Source of the DNA: an uncultured delta proteobacterium
GTDB taxonomy: Bacteria > Desulfobacterota > Desulfobacteria > Desulfobacterales > JAHEIW01
Length of the DNA stretch: 64,000 bases
NCBI GenBank assembly: GCA_963706575.1
Contig: CAVPNL010000011.1
Span: 23,560-87,559, forward strand
Reading direction: 5' to 3'
The position numbers were made by a program, and so were the translations under genes. Shown here piece by piece: positions 49,612 through 58,897 of the stretch (positions within the stretch are counted from its first letter, which is position 1; each line of letters opens with the position of its first letter). The notes below the pieces were generated by a model. That model saw only the letters and a program-made list of their open reading frames with translations, was not told where the DNA came from and did no database searches.

Positions 49612-51543
49612 TCAAATCAGTTTTAGTTGCGCCTTAAACCGCAGCACTTCGCTATTTCCTGAAAATTCAAATGATTTACTGCTGATATTCGGTTGATCAA
49701 ATAACTGCGAGTTCTTTAATTCCAGCAGGTACCCCGCCAGAGCCGATTCGAGCATCAAGCGATCCCCCTGAACAATACCCTCCAGAATCAGAATCCGAGA
49801 GGGCGCATCCGCCGGTTTCTTTTTACCTTTTTTGCCCTTTTTGCCCTTTTTGTCATTTTCCGGCTGTTCTTTTGTCGGTAGCGGTCCCAGCCGGGTTGTT
49901 ATGTCCAGCAATCGCACATTGGGAGGCGTCAGATCAACGACTTCACTGATCACTGCAAGATTCAAATATTTATTACCGATCGCCTGGTCGGATCTGTTTT
50001 TTTGCCTGATTTGTTCGACCAGCTTAAGGATTAAATTTTTATCCACCCGCAGGTTATATTGTTCCAGGTGTTGAACCAGTTGCTGCTTTTTAGCCTCTTT
50101 GTCCCGGATGATTTTTTCCTGCCAGAATGATAGTCCCACGCAGCCGGCCATCAGCAGCAAAAAGGTTGCAAACACCATGCGGTTGATGCGTTGATTGCGG
50201 ATTGTTTTGCGTTTGTCTTTGTAGGTGAACAGGAAGTTGGGTGTTCGTGAGTTATCCGCCAGGGCCATGCCCATTGCCGGGGCAAAGGAGCTTTGCTCGG
50301 ACATTGAATCCGGAACCGGCACGACCGGCAGAAAATTGGAACTTGCCTGAAACGGGTTCAATACCTCGGTGGGCATTCCGAGCTCTTCTGCGATATAGTC
50401 CAAAATACGTTGATGGGGCGTCACCCCGCTGGAGATGAAAATTTTGCCGATTCTGGCATTTTCATAGTTCAAGGCATAATGCCGGATGGTGCGTTCCACC
50501 TGCCGTACCAGCCGCTCCAGAGCCGGCTGAATCATTTGAAATACTCTGTTCTCGTTAATACCCAGCTTTTTTCCCTCGGCATCCACAGGAATTGGCTCGT
50601 GGATATAGCCGAAGAAATAATTCTGGGCAACTTCCAGATCGAGCTTGAGTTTTTGCTTTACGGCCCTGATCCTGCCGACATTGTCATTGGGAGATTTGAC
50701 CAGCGAAAGACCCTTGCTGCTGCTCTCGATTTCTTTCTTCAATGCCTCCATCATGGTTCGCACACCGGCCTTAATGCCCCGGGACAGTGTCAAATTGCCC
50801 TCGGAAAAAATATCGATCCGCGACCAGTCGCGCCCGACATAAAGGCTGGCGACAAACTGATCGGATGCTTCCACCCGGCGGGTGCGCAGCAGCGTTTGAA
50901 AAGCGAATGGAACGATGGATATGCCGGATAAAGGAAATCCGGCCTTTGCAAACATTTCTTTTAAAGCGACGACTTCATCCCGGGGTACGGTATACGCGAG
51001 CACGTCCATTTTAACGGATTGCTCTTCCTGCACCTCGCCCAGGATTTCAAAGTCAAATATTTTTTCATCTCCATCAAATGCAGCTTCTCTCTGGTAGGTC
51101 CAGTAAATGGCGTTGGGGATTTGCCGGGCGGCGACTTTCGGAATCCGGAAATGGCGGGTTTCTACCCGGGCCGATGAGATGGTGCACCAGATATCTGCGT
51201 TTCTATTGGGTCCGCAGAATTCCGCCAGGGTCGGTCTCAAAAATTGATGAAACTCCGGATTTTCTCTGGGAATTTCCAGATCAAAAGGAACCCGGGCATA
51301 TTCCAGCATTTCATGATTTCGATCCGAGATCCGCCGTACTTTTACCAGTTTCAAATCATCGTAGCCGATATCGACACCAACGGCGATATTTTTCTTGAAG
51401 GAGACCGATGTACGAACGAGCGATTTCAGGCCACCCGAGCGCTTTTGTGACAGTTGGTCGGAGTCATCCAACTTAATTTGGTCTTCGGTGCGAATTAGTT
51501 CGAGAAGTCTTTCCGTTGAAGAAATCTCATCCTGTTTGGCCAA
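49612..51543 (-). CDS. PilM-PilN fusion protein
   Basis: Actin-like PilM (VGVDIG, IFISSG, AMGMAL) followed by PNFL, a TM helix and PilN-like TPPNVRL/LEG regions in one ORF. Confidence 0.8.
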   Translation of the reverse strand: MAKQDEISSTERLLELIRTEDQIKLDDSDQLSQKRSGGLKSLVRTSVSFKKNIAVGVDIGYDDLKLVKVRRISDRNHEMLEYARVPFDLEIPRENPEFHQFLRPTLAEFCGPNRNADIWCTISSARVETRHFRIPKVAARQIPNAIYWTYQREAAFDGDEKIFDFEILGEVQEEQSVKMDVLAYTVPRDEVVALKEMFAKAGFPLSGISIVPFAFQTLLRTRRVEASDQFVASLYVGRDWSRIDIFSEGNLTLSRGIKAGVRTMMEALKKEIESSSKGLSLVKSPNDNVGRIRAVKQKLKLDLEVAQNYFFGYIHEPIPVDAEGKKLGINENRVFQMIQPALERLVRQVERTIRHYALNYENARIGKIFISSGVTPHQRILDYIAEELGMPTEVLNPFQASSNFLPVVPVPDSMSEQSSFAPAMGMALADNSRTPNFLFTYKDKRKTIRNQRINRMVFATFLLLMAGCVGLSFWQEKIIRDKEAKKQQLVQHLEQYNLRVDKNLILKLVEQIRQKNRSDQAIGNKYLNLAVISEVVDLTPPNVRLLDITTRLGPLPTKEQPENDKKGKKGKKGKKKPADAPSRILILEGIVQGDRLMLESALAGYLLELKNSQLFDQPNISSKSFEFSGNSEVLRFKAQLKLI

Positions 51544-51727
51544 AATCGCTCTCCCCTGAAAAAGTGTACAATAGAAGGGTACAATAAAACGGCACGCTTA
51601 ATCCCGGTTTAAAGCAGGGTGAAGAAATTAGCCATTCCTTGCAGCCGCGCCTGTCTTTGGCCTTTACGGTAAAGATAAACGCGACTACCGGGCGGATTCG
51701 TCGTGCCTATAAAACCTTTTGCATAAT

Positions 51728-51758
51728 TTAATTGCCATCAAATTTTGATGGCAATTAA
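51728..51758. promoter_or_regulatory. Perfect 15 bp inverted repeat upstream of the pil operon
   Basis: TTAATTGCCATCAAA-T-TTTGATGGCAATTAA. Confidence 0.5.
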
Positions 51759-51965
51759 TAACTACATTAATTAATTCATAAAATTACGATTTTGTCAAGA
51801 AATAACCATGTACCAAAATCCACCGTTTGCGGCGATCTGGACCGTGATGGCCGTGCGATGCATTCCGCACGAATACATGCGAGATTCCGATTATGCGGTG
51901 GAAATAATTTTTCATAAACCTATCAGAAAAATACGTGAATTCAAACAATTTTTGTAGGTTAAAAT

Positions 51966-52139
51966 TTAATCAGACGGGATTTTATAGCGTGGAGCCTTAC
52001 GGCGGTCTTCGCTTTCACGTCGTTCGTCGCCGCTGCGCCTTTCAGGGACATGCAGCGTGTATGAATAAGTCCGACGATCCCCCCCGGAGCGTCTTCCGCC
52101 GTTGTCGGTAGATATGCCGTTTTGTTTTTTTTCGATCAT
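51966..52139 (-). CDS. Small Arg-rich protein with repeated (D/E)RR motifs (57 aa)
   Basis: GGRRSGGDRR, PERRSGDERRESEDRR; upstream sigma54-like promoter; the start could be 52166. Confidence 0.7.
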   Translation of the reverse strand: MIEKKQNGISTDNGGRRSGGDRRTYSYTLHVPERRSGDERRESEDRRKAPRYKIPSD

Positions 52140-52330
52140 AGTGCTATCCGCGCAAGATTTCATCATAATACATTAGGTGTCACGGCTGCCAGGAAAATCA
52201 TGTTCTTAAGTCCGTTATTGAGTTCGATTGGTTAAATACGTTTGAGTCGTATGATTCAGAAATAACCAGTCAAACTAATTGGCTAATCAAACCAATGAAA
52301 CCAGCATTCAGGCCTTCGATGACAGATTAA

Positions 52331-52346
52331 AGCAATTTTTATTCCA
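52331..52346 (-). promoter_or_regulatory. Candidate sigma54 promoter for the small Arg-rich gene
   Basis: Minus strand TGGAATAAAAATTGCT = GG-N10-GC. Confidence 0.55.
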
Positions 52347-52529
52347 TAAGTGCTGATTTTGACGGGAATAATTTATCGGCGAGGGGAGCAGTTTAAATTA
52401 GCTGTAAGTTCATAAGGATAGGGTGCCAATTTTTAAAGCATTGATTTACGTCGAGCGCTATCGGGAAAGGTTTATCCCGGCGGAATGGGTAGTGGTTTAC
52501 CCAAGGGTGTGAAAAAAGGTTCATCGTTA

Positions 52530-52790
52530 CTCGATTTCGGAATTCGGATTGCGGATTGTGGATTTTTAAATACCAAAAAAAAAAGAGCCAAGAGTTCAAG
52601 AAAAAGCCCTAAAGGTCGGCTTCATTAATTTGATTAGTTGCATTCGTTCATTTAGTTGGTTGTTAGATGGCGGTAACGAAGAGATTTGAGGATCTCAAAT
52701 GCAAGAGGTTGTTAAGAGACCTAACAATTATGACAAATTCAGCATAATGTTTTTAAATCCGCATTCTGCAATCCGCAATCCGAAATCGAT
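52530..52790. repeat. Composite element: inverted GCGGATT/AATCCGC heptamer arms enclosing a family A arm and a gene remnant
   Basis: TTCGGATTGCGGATTGTGGATT ... AATCCGCATTCTGCAATCCGCAATCCGAAAT; remnant MAVTKRFEDLKC at 52667. Confidence 0.75.
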
Positions 52791-53836
52791 TAATCGCTAG
52801 CATCCGGCGGCTGTTCGATGCCGAGGTCCTTGATTTTGTAAAGAAGGGTTTTGTAACTGATATTGAGAATTTTCGAGGCTTTGCTTCGGTTCCAGCCCGT
52901 TTTTTCGAGAACGTAAGAAATGACCTCTTTTTCAACCCGATCCAGCGCCTTTTTCCTTACTTTTTTCAGGGATAGTGAAGACAGGTTCGGCGCTTTGTCA
53001 CCGTCGACCCCCCAGAGGTCAACCGGGATGGAGGGTTTAGAGCCGGCCAACATGAATTCGGGACCGCGCTGCTTGGAACCGGCCGTGTTGAGCAGGTCAT
53101 CAATGGTTTCTTCGCCCTCACCCAGAATCAAAAGCCGTTTGAGCACATTCTGCAGCTCCCTGACATTGCCGGGCCATTGATAGCTGGACATTTTCGTTAT
53201 GGTGGTCTGGCCCGGCAGCTGAATTTTCTTATCACCGAACATGGTGGTGTATTCCTTGATGTAGTGTTCGATCAGATGCGGGATGTCCTCGGGCCTGTTG
53301 CGAAGCGGCTCGATAAATATTTTAATGGTACTGAGGCGGTAATACAGGTCTTCTCTGAACTCGCCGTTTTGCATGTCATGCTCAAGTTCGTGATTGGTAG
53401 CAGCAATGACCCATGTGTCGGTTGACACTGCTTTTTCGGAGCCCAGTGGCGTAAAATCGCCGCCCTGCAGAACGTGCAGCAGCTTGGACTGCAGCGGAAG
53501 AGACATGTCACCGATTTCATCCAGAAACAATACCCCGCCGTGAGCCTGTTCGAACTTGCCGCGTTTTCGGCGTTCTGCTCCGGTAAAAGCGCCCTGCTCG
53601 TAACCGAACATCTCACTTTCAAGCAGGGTGTCCGGTAAAGCCGCGCAATTTACTTTTACAAACGGCTTGCCGGTCCGGTTGGATTTGCTGTACAGGCACT
53701 GAACGATAAGTTCTTTGCCGACACCCGTTTCTCCATATATAATGGTATTCAGCCCGGTATCGGCAATCTGATCGATAAGCGCTCTTATTCTTAGAATATT
53801 TGGGCTTACACCGATTAAATTTGGTTCCATAGGCAT
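52790..53836 (-). CDS. Sigma54-dependent activator without an N-terminal sensory domain
   Basis: GETGVGKE, ESEMFGYEQGAFTGA, FLDEIGD, WPGNVREL, Fis HTH; the AAA domain starts at about residue 6. Confidence 0.92.
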   Translation of the reverse strand: MPMEPNLIGVSPNILRIRALIDQIADTGLNTIIYGETGVGKELIVQCLYSKSNRTGKPFVKVNCAALPDTLLESEMFGYEQGAFTGAERRKRGKFEQAHGGVLFLDEIGDMSLPLQSKLLHVLQGGDFTPLGSEKAVSTDTWVIAATNHELEHDMQNGEFREDLYYRLSTIKIFIEPLRNRPEDIPHLIEHYIKEYTTMFGDKKIQLPGQTTITKMSSYQWPGNVRELQNVLKRLLILGEGEETIDDLLNTAGSKQRGPEFMLAGSKPSIPVDLWGVDGDKAPNLSSLSLKKVRKKALDRVEKEVISYVLEKTGWNRSKASKILNISYKTLLYKIKDLGIEQPPDASD

Positions 53837-54108
53837 AGAAGTAATCTCAGAAAAGCATTTAACACCCGATGGTACAGTTTTAAAGCTTTAAAAAGTGCTT
53901 ACAACATTAAATGAGCTAAAATTAAAAATGATCTAAAATGCCTAAAATTGAAAAGCGGAATTAACCCGTCGAGAGCCTCAAGGTCGAACGATCCATTTTA
54001 ATTTTATTCACGCAAAGCCGCTAAGAATGATAAGTTAGATAATAAAGAACCCTTGGCGTCTTTGCGGCTTTGCGTGAGGCCAAAGTCTTTAGCTTATTTT
54101 AGGCACTA
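53836..54108. repeat. Family B element with nested REP-like and CACGCAAAG inverted repeats
   Basis: Left part matches 46348-46455; ACCCGTCGAGAGCCTCAAGGTCGAACGA is the inverse of 46521-46549; right part is the inverse of 3163-3250. Confidence 0.8.
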
Positions 54109-54428
54109 TTCTTTGAAAGCGGCAGAATCCGGGACTTGTCATCAAAACCGACGGCCATGCCCTGATTGTCTGTTCGTAGAATTTTCCCGGAAGCTTTGAT
54201 CCAGGCCTGTTGCGCGTCCTGCTTTTTTTTTCCTCCCAGCGTAAGGACCATATCCACATTCACTTTTGCGCCAACCGGCAGCGGCGTATCGGTGATCAGA
54301 AAGACACCGCTCATCGAGATATCTCTGGTGACCAGGTTTCCCATGTCGGAATGAGAGCCTTCGCCGGGTAATGAAACAAAGGCTTCCAGTTGAAGATCAA
54401 ATCTCTCCACTTTTCTTTTTTCAATCAC
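54099..54428 (-). CDS. Single-domain PilZ protein
   Basis: EKRKVERF (RxxxR) and DISMSG (D/NxSxxG); AGGA RBS. Confidence 0.88.
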   Translation of the reverse strand: MIEKRKVERFDLQLEAFVSLPGEGSHSDMGNLVTRDISMSGVFLITDTPLPVGAKVNVDMVLTLGGKKKQDAQQAWIKASGKILRTDNQGMAVGFDDKSRILPLSKNSA

Positions 54429-54904
54429 GATGATAATCCTTTGCGTTTTCAGGTGAAAGCGCTGAAGGAAAAAATGTTTTGATTCTATCCCTCATAGCCT
54501 TAAATTTGTTTTTTGACAACAATAATGTTTAGAATTCGATCGACTGATTCGGTAGTGCACTCCGGCTAAAATTCGCATAGCCTCAGATGCGTGCCTGCAT
54601 GCTGTAAATGGCAAATCGCCATCTCCGCCTCATTTTCTGACGGCAACATCTTGTTACAAAATTTAATTTTAAAGGTCAATCAGGCAAAGGTATTATTTTT
54701 TTACTAGAAAATTGTCCAGGGGGGTATTAGAAAAGTATTACAATATTTAGCGCAGGCGCTCGAATTTGTGGTTATTGGTTATTGGTTATTCGTTAATGGA
54801 TGAGCACTCGAATCGAAGGCCCTGGAAAGATTTAATGCAATGACCTGGGCGGGTTTGTCAAGTCAGATAACCAATACCCAACTTTACCCAACTTTAGCAA
54901 ATAC

Positions 54905-55585
54905 CTAAAGGTGTTTCGCTGCCCACAGGGCTGCCTGGAGTCGATTGGGAACCTTTATTTTGTTATAGATGTTGTAAAGATGCGTTTTTACTGTATTGCG
55001 GCTGATGTTCAAATTTTCGGCAATCTGGCTGTTGTTGATTCCCGAAGCGATCAAAATCAGGATTTCTCTCTCCCGGGCGGTCAGCGATGCCTTGAGTTCC
55101 ATTGCGTGTTGATTGTCTGAATTGGAATCAAGGATACATTTCATCAAATCTTTGCGGGAAAACCACAGCTCCCCGTTCAATATGGCCGGCACCCCCTTGG
55201 CAAGATTGGCAAGCGGGTCATCATTGTAAAAAATACCGCGGACACCTTTTTTAACCAGGTCGTTTCCAAACGGCTGCCCGGCCGCCATATTAAAGATGGC
55301 GACATAATATCCTTCAGAACCGGCATCGAACAGCGATCGGATGGTGGACCATAGGCTGCTGAAATCGCTTCCCAGGCAATCCAGCATCACCAGGCTGGTC
55401 TTTTCTCCATTCTGACTTGAAAATGCCCCTACATCCAGTTCCTTGATGCATTCGCACGCCAGACCGGTGTTCTCCTGGAGGTACCACGCCATCAGCCTGT
55501 TCTGAAATATAAGCGGGCCAACGATGTGGATTTGCGCCGCCGGGGATTTCGCCCCGGTGCGTGCTGGTGTTATGGATTTTGCCAA
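54905..55585 (-). CDS. CsgD/VpsT-like LuxR-family transcription factor
   Basis: Degenerate receiver, GVRGIFY, GELWFSR, LTARERE...NSQIA..L.IS..TVKTHLYNI..KI.V.NRLQA.LWA. Confidence 0.88.
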   Translation of the reverse strand: MAKSITPARTGAKSPAAQIHIVGPLIFQNRLMAWYLQENTGLACECIKELDVGAFSSQNGEKTSLVMLDCLGSDFSSLWSTIRSLFDAGSEGYYVAIFNMAAGQPFGNDLVKKGVRGIFYNDDPLANLAKGVPAILNGELWFSRKDLMKCILDSNSDNQHAMELKASLTAREREILILIASGINNSQIAENLNISRNTVKTHLYNIYNKIKVPNRLQAALWAAKHL

Positions 55586-55844
55586 TATCAGCCTGTTTTA
55601 TATCGGGATTATCTGTGAAAAACAGCGATTCAAAATTTTAAGTACATTAAATTATTATATATAATTGATATCAAATCTGGTTCGGATTGTCAATTTGATT
55701 CATCGGTAAACTTCAATAACTTTCTGTAATATTTATGTATTTGGCCTGTGATGGCTTTCAGTTGATTACCAACAAATCAGGTTTCTGCTGCATGGTGTCA
55801 GGTTTCAACCAAATCATATTTTGGTCTGATTAGATAATTGATAT

Positions 55845-56230
55845 TGTTAAATTGGTTTTATTTGGTTCCATTGGTTTTATTAGTTAACTGCTTCAGGGCA
55901 GAATAGATTCAGGCCCAACCAATGAAACTAATCGAACTAATTGAACAAATGAAACAGGTCCTCGGCCTTCAACCTTGTACCTTATACCTTGTACCTGAAC
56001 CTATTATGCTTCTTTCTTGAAAATCTCTCTGTTCCCTGTTAAGTATTTCTGGTTGGACTCAAGCAACCAGAGTATCAGAAGACAGATGACAGAAGGCTGA
56101 GGGTAGAGGACATAAGACAGCAACGAGTCTGAAAGAAGAGTTCGACCGCCGCTCACTCGAAGTCCTGACCTTCGGTCTTTGTTCAATCCGAAGGCAGAAC
56201 CCTGAACCTTTGAACCCTGAACCCTTTAAA
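55845..56230. repeat. Composite repeat tract (family A arms, ACCTTGT units, GACAGAA units, TGAACC units)
   Basis: Several tandem 7-9 bp unit types in the divergent promoter region. Confidence 0.7.
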
Positions 56231-56256
56231 TAGAAAGAAATAGGGGGATTTTTTCG

Positions 56257-58890
56257 ATGACCGCCAGCGAAATGAAGCAAAAAGTCCAGGTCCACTTTTG
56301 GGATCAAATGGTCTTGATCGGATTTGGACTGGCCCTGTTTTATTCGATTTTTGATTCGTTCCTCTACCTTTTCACCGACTACGACGTGAATTTTTTTCAG
56401 CGCTTAATGGGGCCGGGTCGCAGTGAAATCATCAGCCGCTTAATCATTTTATGCCTTTTCATTATTTTTGGTTCGCATGCCCAGTACACCATCAACCAGC
56501 GGAAGATGGTTGAAGCAAGGTTGCGACGCAGCGAAGAAAGGTATCGGCGGATTGTTGAAACCACCCCGGATGGATATTACGAGGTCGATATTAACGGCAA
56601 CTACTCCTATTTCAACGACGCAATGTGTGATCTCCTGGGATATTCCCGGGTCGAAATGACCGGCATGAATCACAGTGCCTATCTGGATGATAAGAACTCC
56701 GAGAAACTGCTCAACGCCATTAACCAGGTTTATCGCACCCGGGAATCGCTTAAAGCACTGGACTTCACTTTTAAAAGAAGGGATGCTTCCCCGCGTTATG
56801 CCGAATCATCCATTACACTGATAACCGACGACCGGGGGGAGCCCACCGGATTTGGCGGTTTCCTGCGTGATGTTACCGAGCGCCGGCAGGCCCAGGCACT
56901 GGCTCAGGCCAAAATGGCGGCGGAAACAGCCAACCGCGAAAAGAGCCGTTTTTTAGCGAATATGAGCCATGAAATCCGAACGCCGCTCAATTCGATTATC
57001 GGGCTCATCGAGCTGATGCTGGAAACCGACCTGCGGCCGGATCAGCGTGAAGACCTGGATGTGGTTATTTCATCCGCCTACGCGCTGCTGTCCCTGATTA
57101 ACAACCTGCTTGATTTTTCCAAGATCGAAGCCGACAAATTTGAACTGGAAAATACGCCCTTCGACCTGAGAGATTTTATGAAAGATACTCTCAGGATGAT
57201 GGGTATGCGCACCCAGACAAAGGGTCTTGAGCTGGCCTATCGCGTGGCAGCTGATGTTCCCGATCGTCTGGTGGGAGATCCGGACCGGCTGCGTCAAATC
57301 CTGCTGAATCTTATCGAGAACGCGGTTAAATTCACCGAAGAAGGTGAAGTCGTCGTGAATGTGATAACCCAGCAATACAGCGGCAACAAAGCGGATTTAC
57401 ACTTTTCCGTTGAAGACACCGGCATTGGAATCCCCAGAGACAAACAAAAGGACGTATTCAGCGCCTTTAAACAGGTGGACGCTAAAACAACCAACCAGTA
57501 CGGCGGTACCGGACTTGGCCTGGCCGTCTCATCACAGCTGGTCAGATTAATGGGCGGCGAACTCACGGTCAGCAGTGAAATCGGTCAGGGCAGCCGTTTT
57601 GAATTTGCGGCCGCTTTTAAACGCGTCAGGGAAGAACGGGTTAAGCCGCAGGAGAAGGCCGCCGATGATCTTCAAGGAACCCGGGTCCTGGTGGTCGATG
57701 ACAATGCCACGTCGCGCCGATTGACGAAAGAGATGCTGGACAGCTGGCAGCTGGAGGCGCAATTTGCCTCCAATGCAGAGCAAGCCCGCCAGATTCTGTC
57801 GGGGGACGGCCATGTCGATCTGGTTCTGATTGATTCGGACATGCCCGGCTCGGATGGTTTCAGCCTGGCACGCTGGATCAAGGATCAACACATAAAGGAT
57901 CTTCGAGTGGTCATGATGCTGACGTTCCCGCATCTAAAGCGCAAAGCCGAATTTGAAGAACTGGGTGTTAAAGCCGGTGTGATCAAACCGCTCAACCCGC
58001 CTGAGCTGCACAATGTATTGCTGGTCGCGTTTGATAAAAAGAAAATGGATGCGGATGACGCCCGGCCGCAAAAAAGACCTGAAGCAAAATCAAAAGCGCC
58101 AAGGCGTTCGTTAAGGATTCTGGTGGCCGAAGATACCCCCTTTAATCAAACCTTTATTCTGCGGCTGCTCGAGAAAAACGGCTCTCACCCGGTTCTGGTC
58201 GAGAACGGGCGACAGGCGCTGGAGGCGTTTAATCCGGATACATTTGATGTTATCTTAATGGATGTTCAAATGCCGGAAATGGACGGTTTCGAGGCCACCC
58301 GGGAAATTCGAAAACTGGAAGCCGGCAGCGGTAGCCATGGCCATATGCCGATCATTGCCATGACCGCCTATGCCACGGAGGGGGATCGCGAACGCTGCCT
58401 TGAAGCCGGGATGGATGACTATGTTTCCAAGCCCATATCGGCATCCAAGCTGTTTCAGGCCATTGAGGCGCTTGTCCCGCCCGAGTCCGAAAAAAAAGTC
58501 TCCGCATCCGCCGGCCCGGCTGCCGAAGGACAAAAATCCGTTTCGCTGAACGCCGATGGGTTGATCCGGTCCTTTGAAAATGACCAGCAGCTTTTTGAGG
58601 AACTGGTTGAAATTTTCCTCAACGACTCTCCGCAGATGCTAAACACCCTGCGCGACTCGCTGATGAGTTGTGACGCCAAAACCTTTAAGCGCACCGCGCA
58701 CTCTCTTAAGGGCATGCTGCGAAATTTTCAGGCGGAATCGGCGGCCGAAACCGCCTTTGAACTTGAGAAAATCGCAGACCGGGGAAAATTGGACGACGCC
58801 GATCAGATCGTCGACAGCCTAGCCGGCCAGCTCGACGATGTGGCTCAAAAACTGAAGGCAGTGGTCAAGAAGATATCGGGCAGTAGTTAG
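56257..58890 (+). CDS. Hybrid histidine kinase (2 TM, PAS, HisKA, HATPase, two REC, Hpt)
   Basis: FLANMSHEIRTPLN, RLRQILLNL..NAVKFT, GGTGLGL, VLVVDDN, ILMDVQMPEMDG, AHSLKG. Confidence 0.95.
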   Translation: MTASEMKQKVQVHFWDQMVLIGFGLALFYSIFDSFLYLFTDYDVNFFQRLMGPGRSEIISRLIILCLFIIFGSHAQYTINQRKMVEARLRRSEERYRRIVETTPDGYYEVDINGNYSYFNDAMCDLLGYSRVEMTGMNHSAYLDDKNSEKLLNAINQVYRTRESLKALDFTFKRRDASPRYAESSITLITDDRGEPTGFGGFLRDVTERRQAQALAQAKMAAETANREKSRFLANMSHEIRTPLNSIIGLIELMLETDLRPDQREDLDVVISSAYALLSLINNLLDFSKIEADKFELENTPFDLRDFMKDTLRMMGMRTQTKGLELAYRVAADVPDRLVGDPDRLRQILLNLIENAVKFTEEGEVVVNVITQQYSGNKADLHFSVEDTGIGIPRDKQKDVFSAFKQVDAKTTNQYGGTGLGLAVSSQLVRLMGGELTVSSEIGQGSRFEFAAAFKRVREERVKPQEKAADDLQGTRVLVVDDNATSRRLTKEMLDSWQLEAQFASNAEQARQILSGDGHVDLVLIDSDMPGSDGFSLARWIKDQHIKDLRVVMMLTFPHLKRKAEFEELGVKAGVIKPLNPPELHNVLLVAFDKKKMDADDARPQKRPEAKSKAPRRSLRILVAEDTPFNQTFILRLLEKNGSHPVLVENGRQALEAFNPDTFDVILMDVQMPEMDGFEATREIRKLEAGSGSHGHMPIIAMTAYATEGDRERCLEAGMDDYVSKPISASKLFQAIEALVPPESEKKVSASAGPAAEGQKSVSLNADGLIRSFENDQQLFEELVEIFLNDSPQMLNTLRDSLMSCDAKTFKRTAHSLKGMLRNFQAESAAETAFELEKIADRGKLDDADQIVDSLAGQLDDVAQKLKAVVKKISGSS

Positions 58891-58897
58891 TCAGTCA

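Noticed and set aside
51600..51720. c-di-GMP-I (GEMM) riboswitch in the pilM leader (also considered at 54540-54660)
   Set aside because: The GGCAAA...GAAA...GACGCAAA core is not present in the right arrangement; only an Rfam scan could settle this.
51720..51737. Sigma54 promoter TGGCAATTAAATTATGCA upstream of pilM
   Set aside because: GG-to-GC spacing is 12 nt, not the required 10.
52667..52747. Diversity-generating retroelement suggested by the Avd-like remnant
   Set aside because: No reverse transcriptase and no template/variable repeat pair with adenine-specific mismatches were seen in the window.
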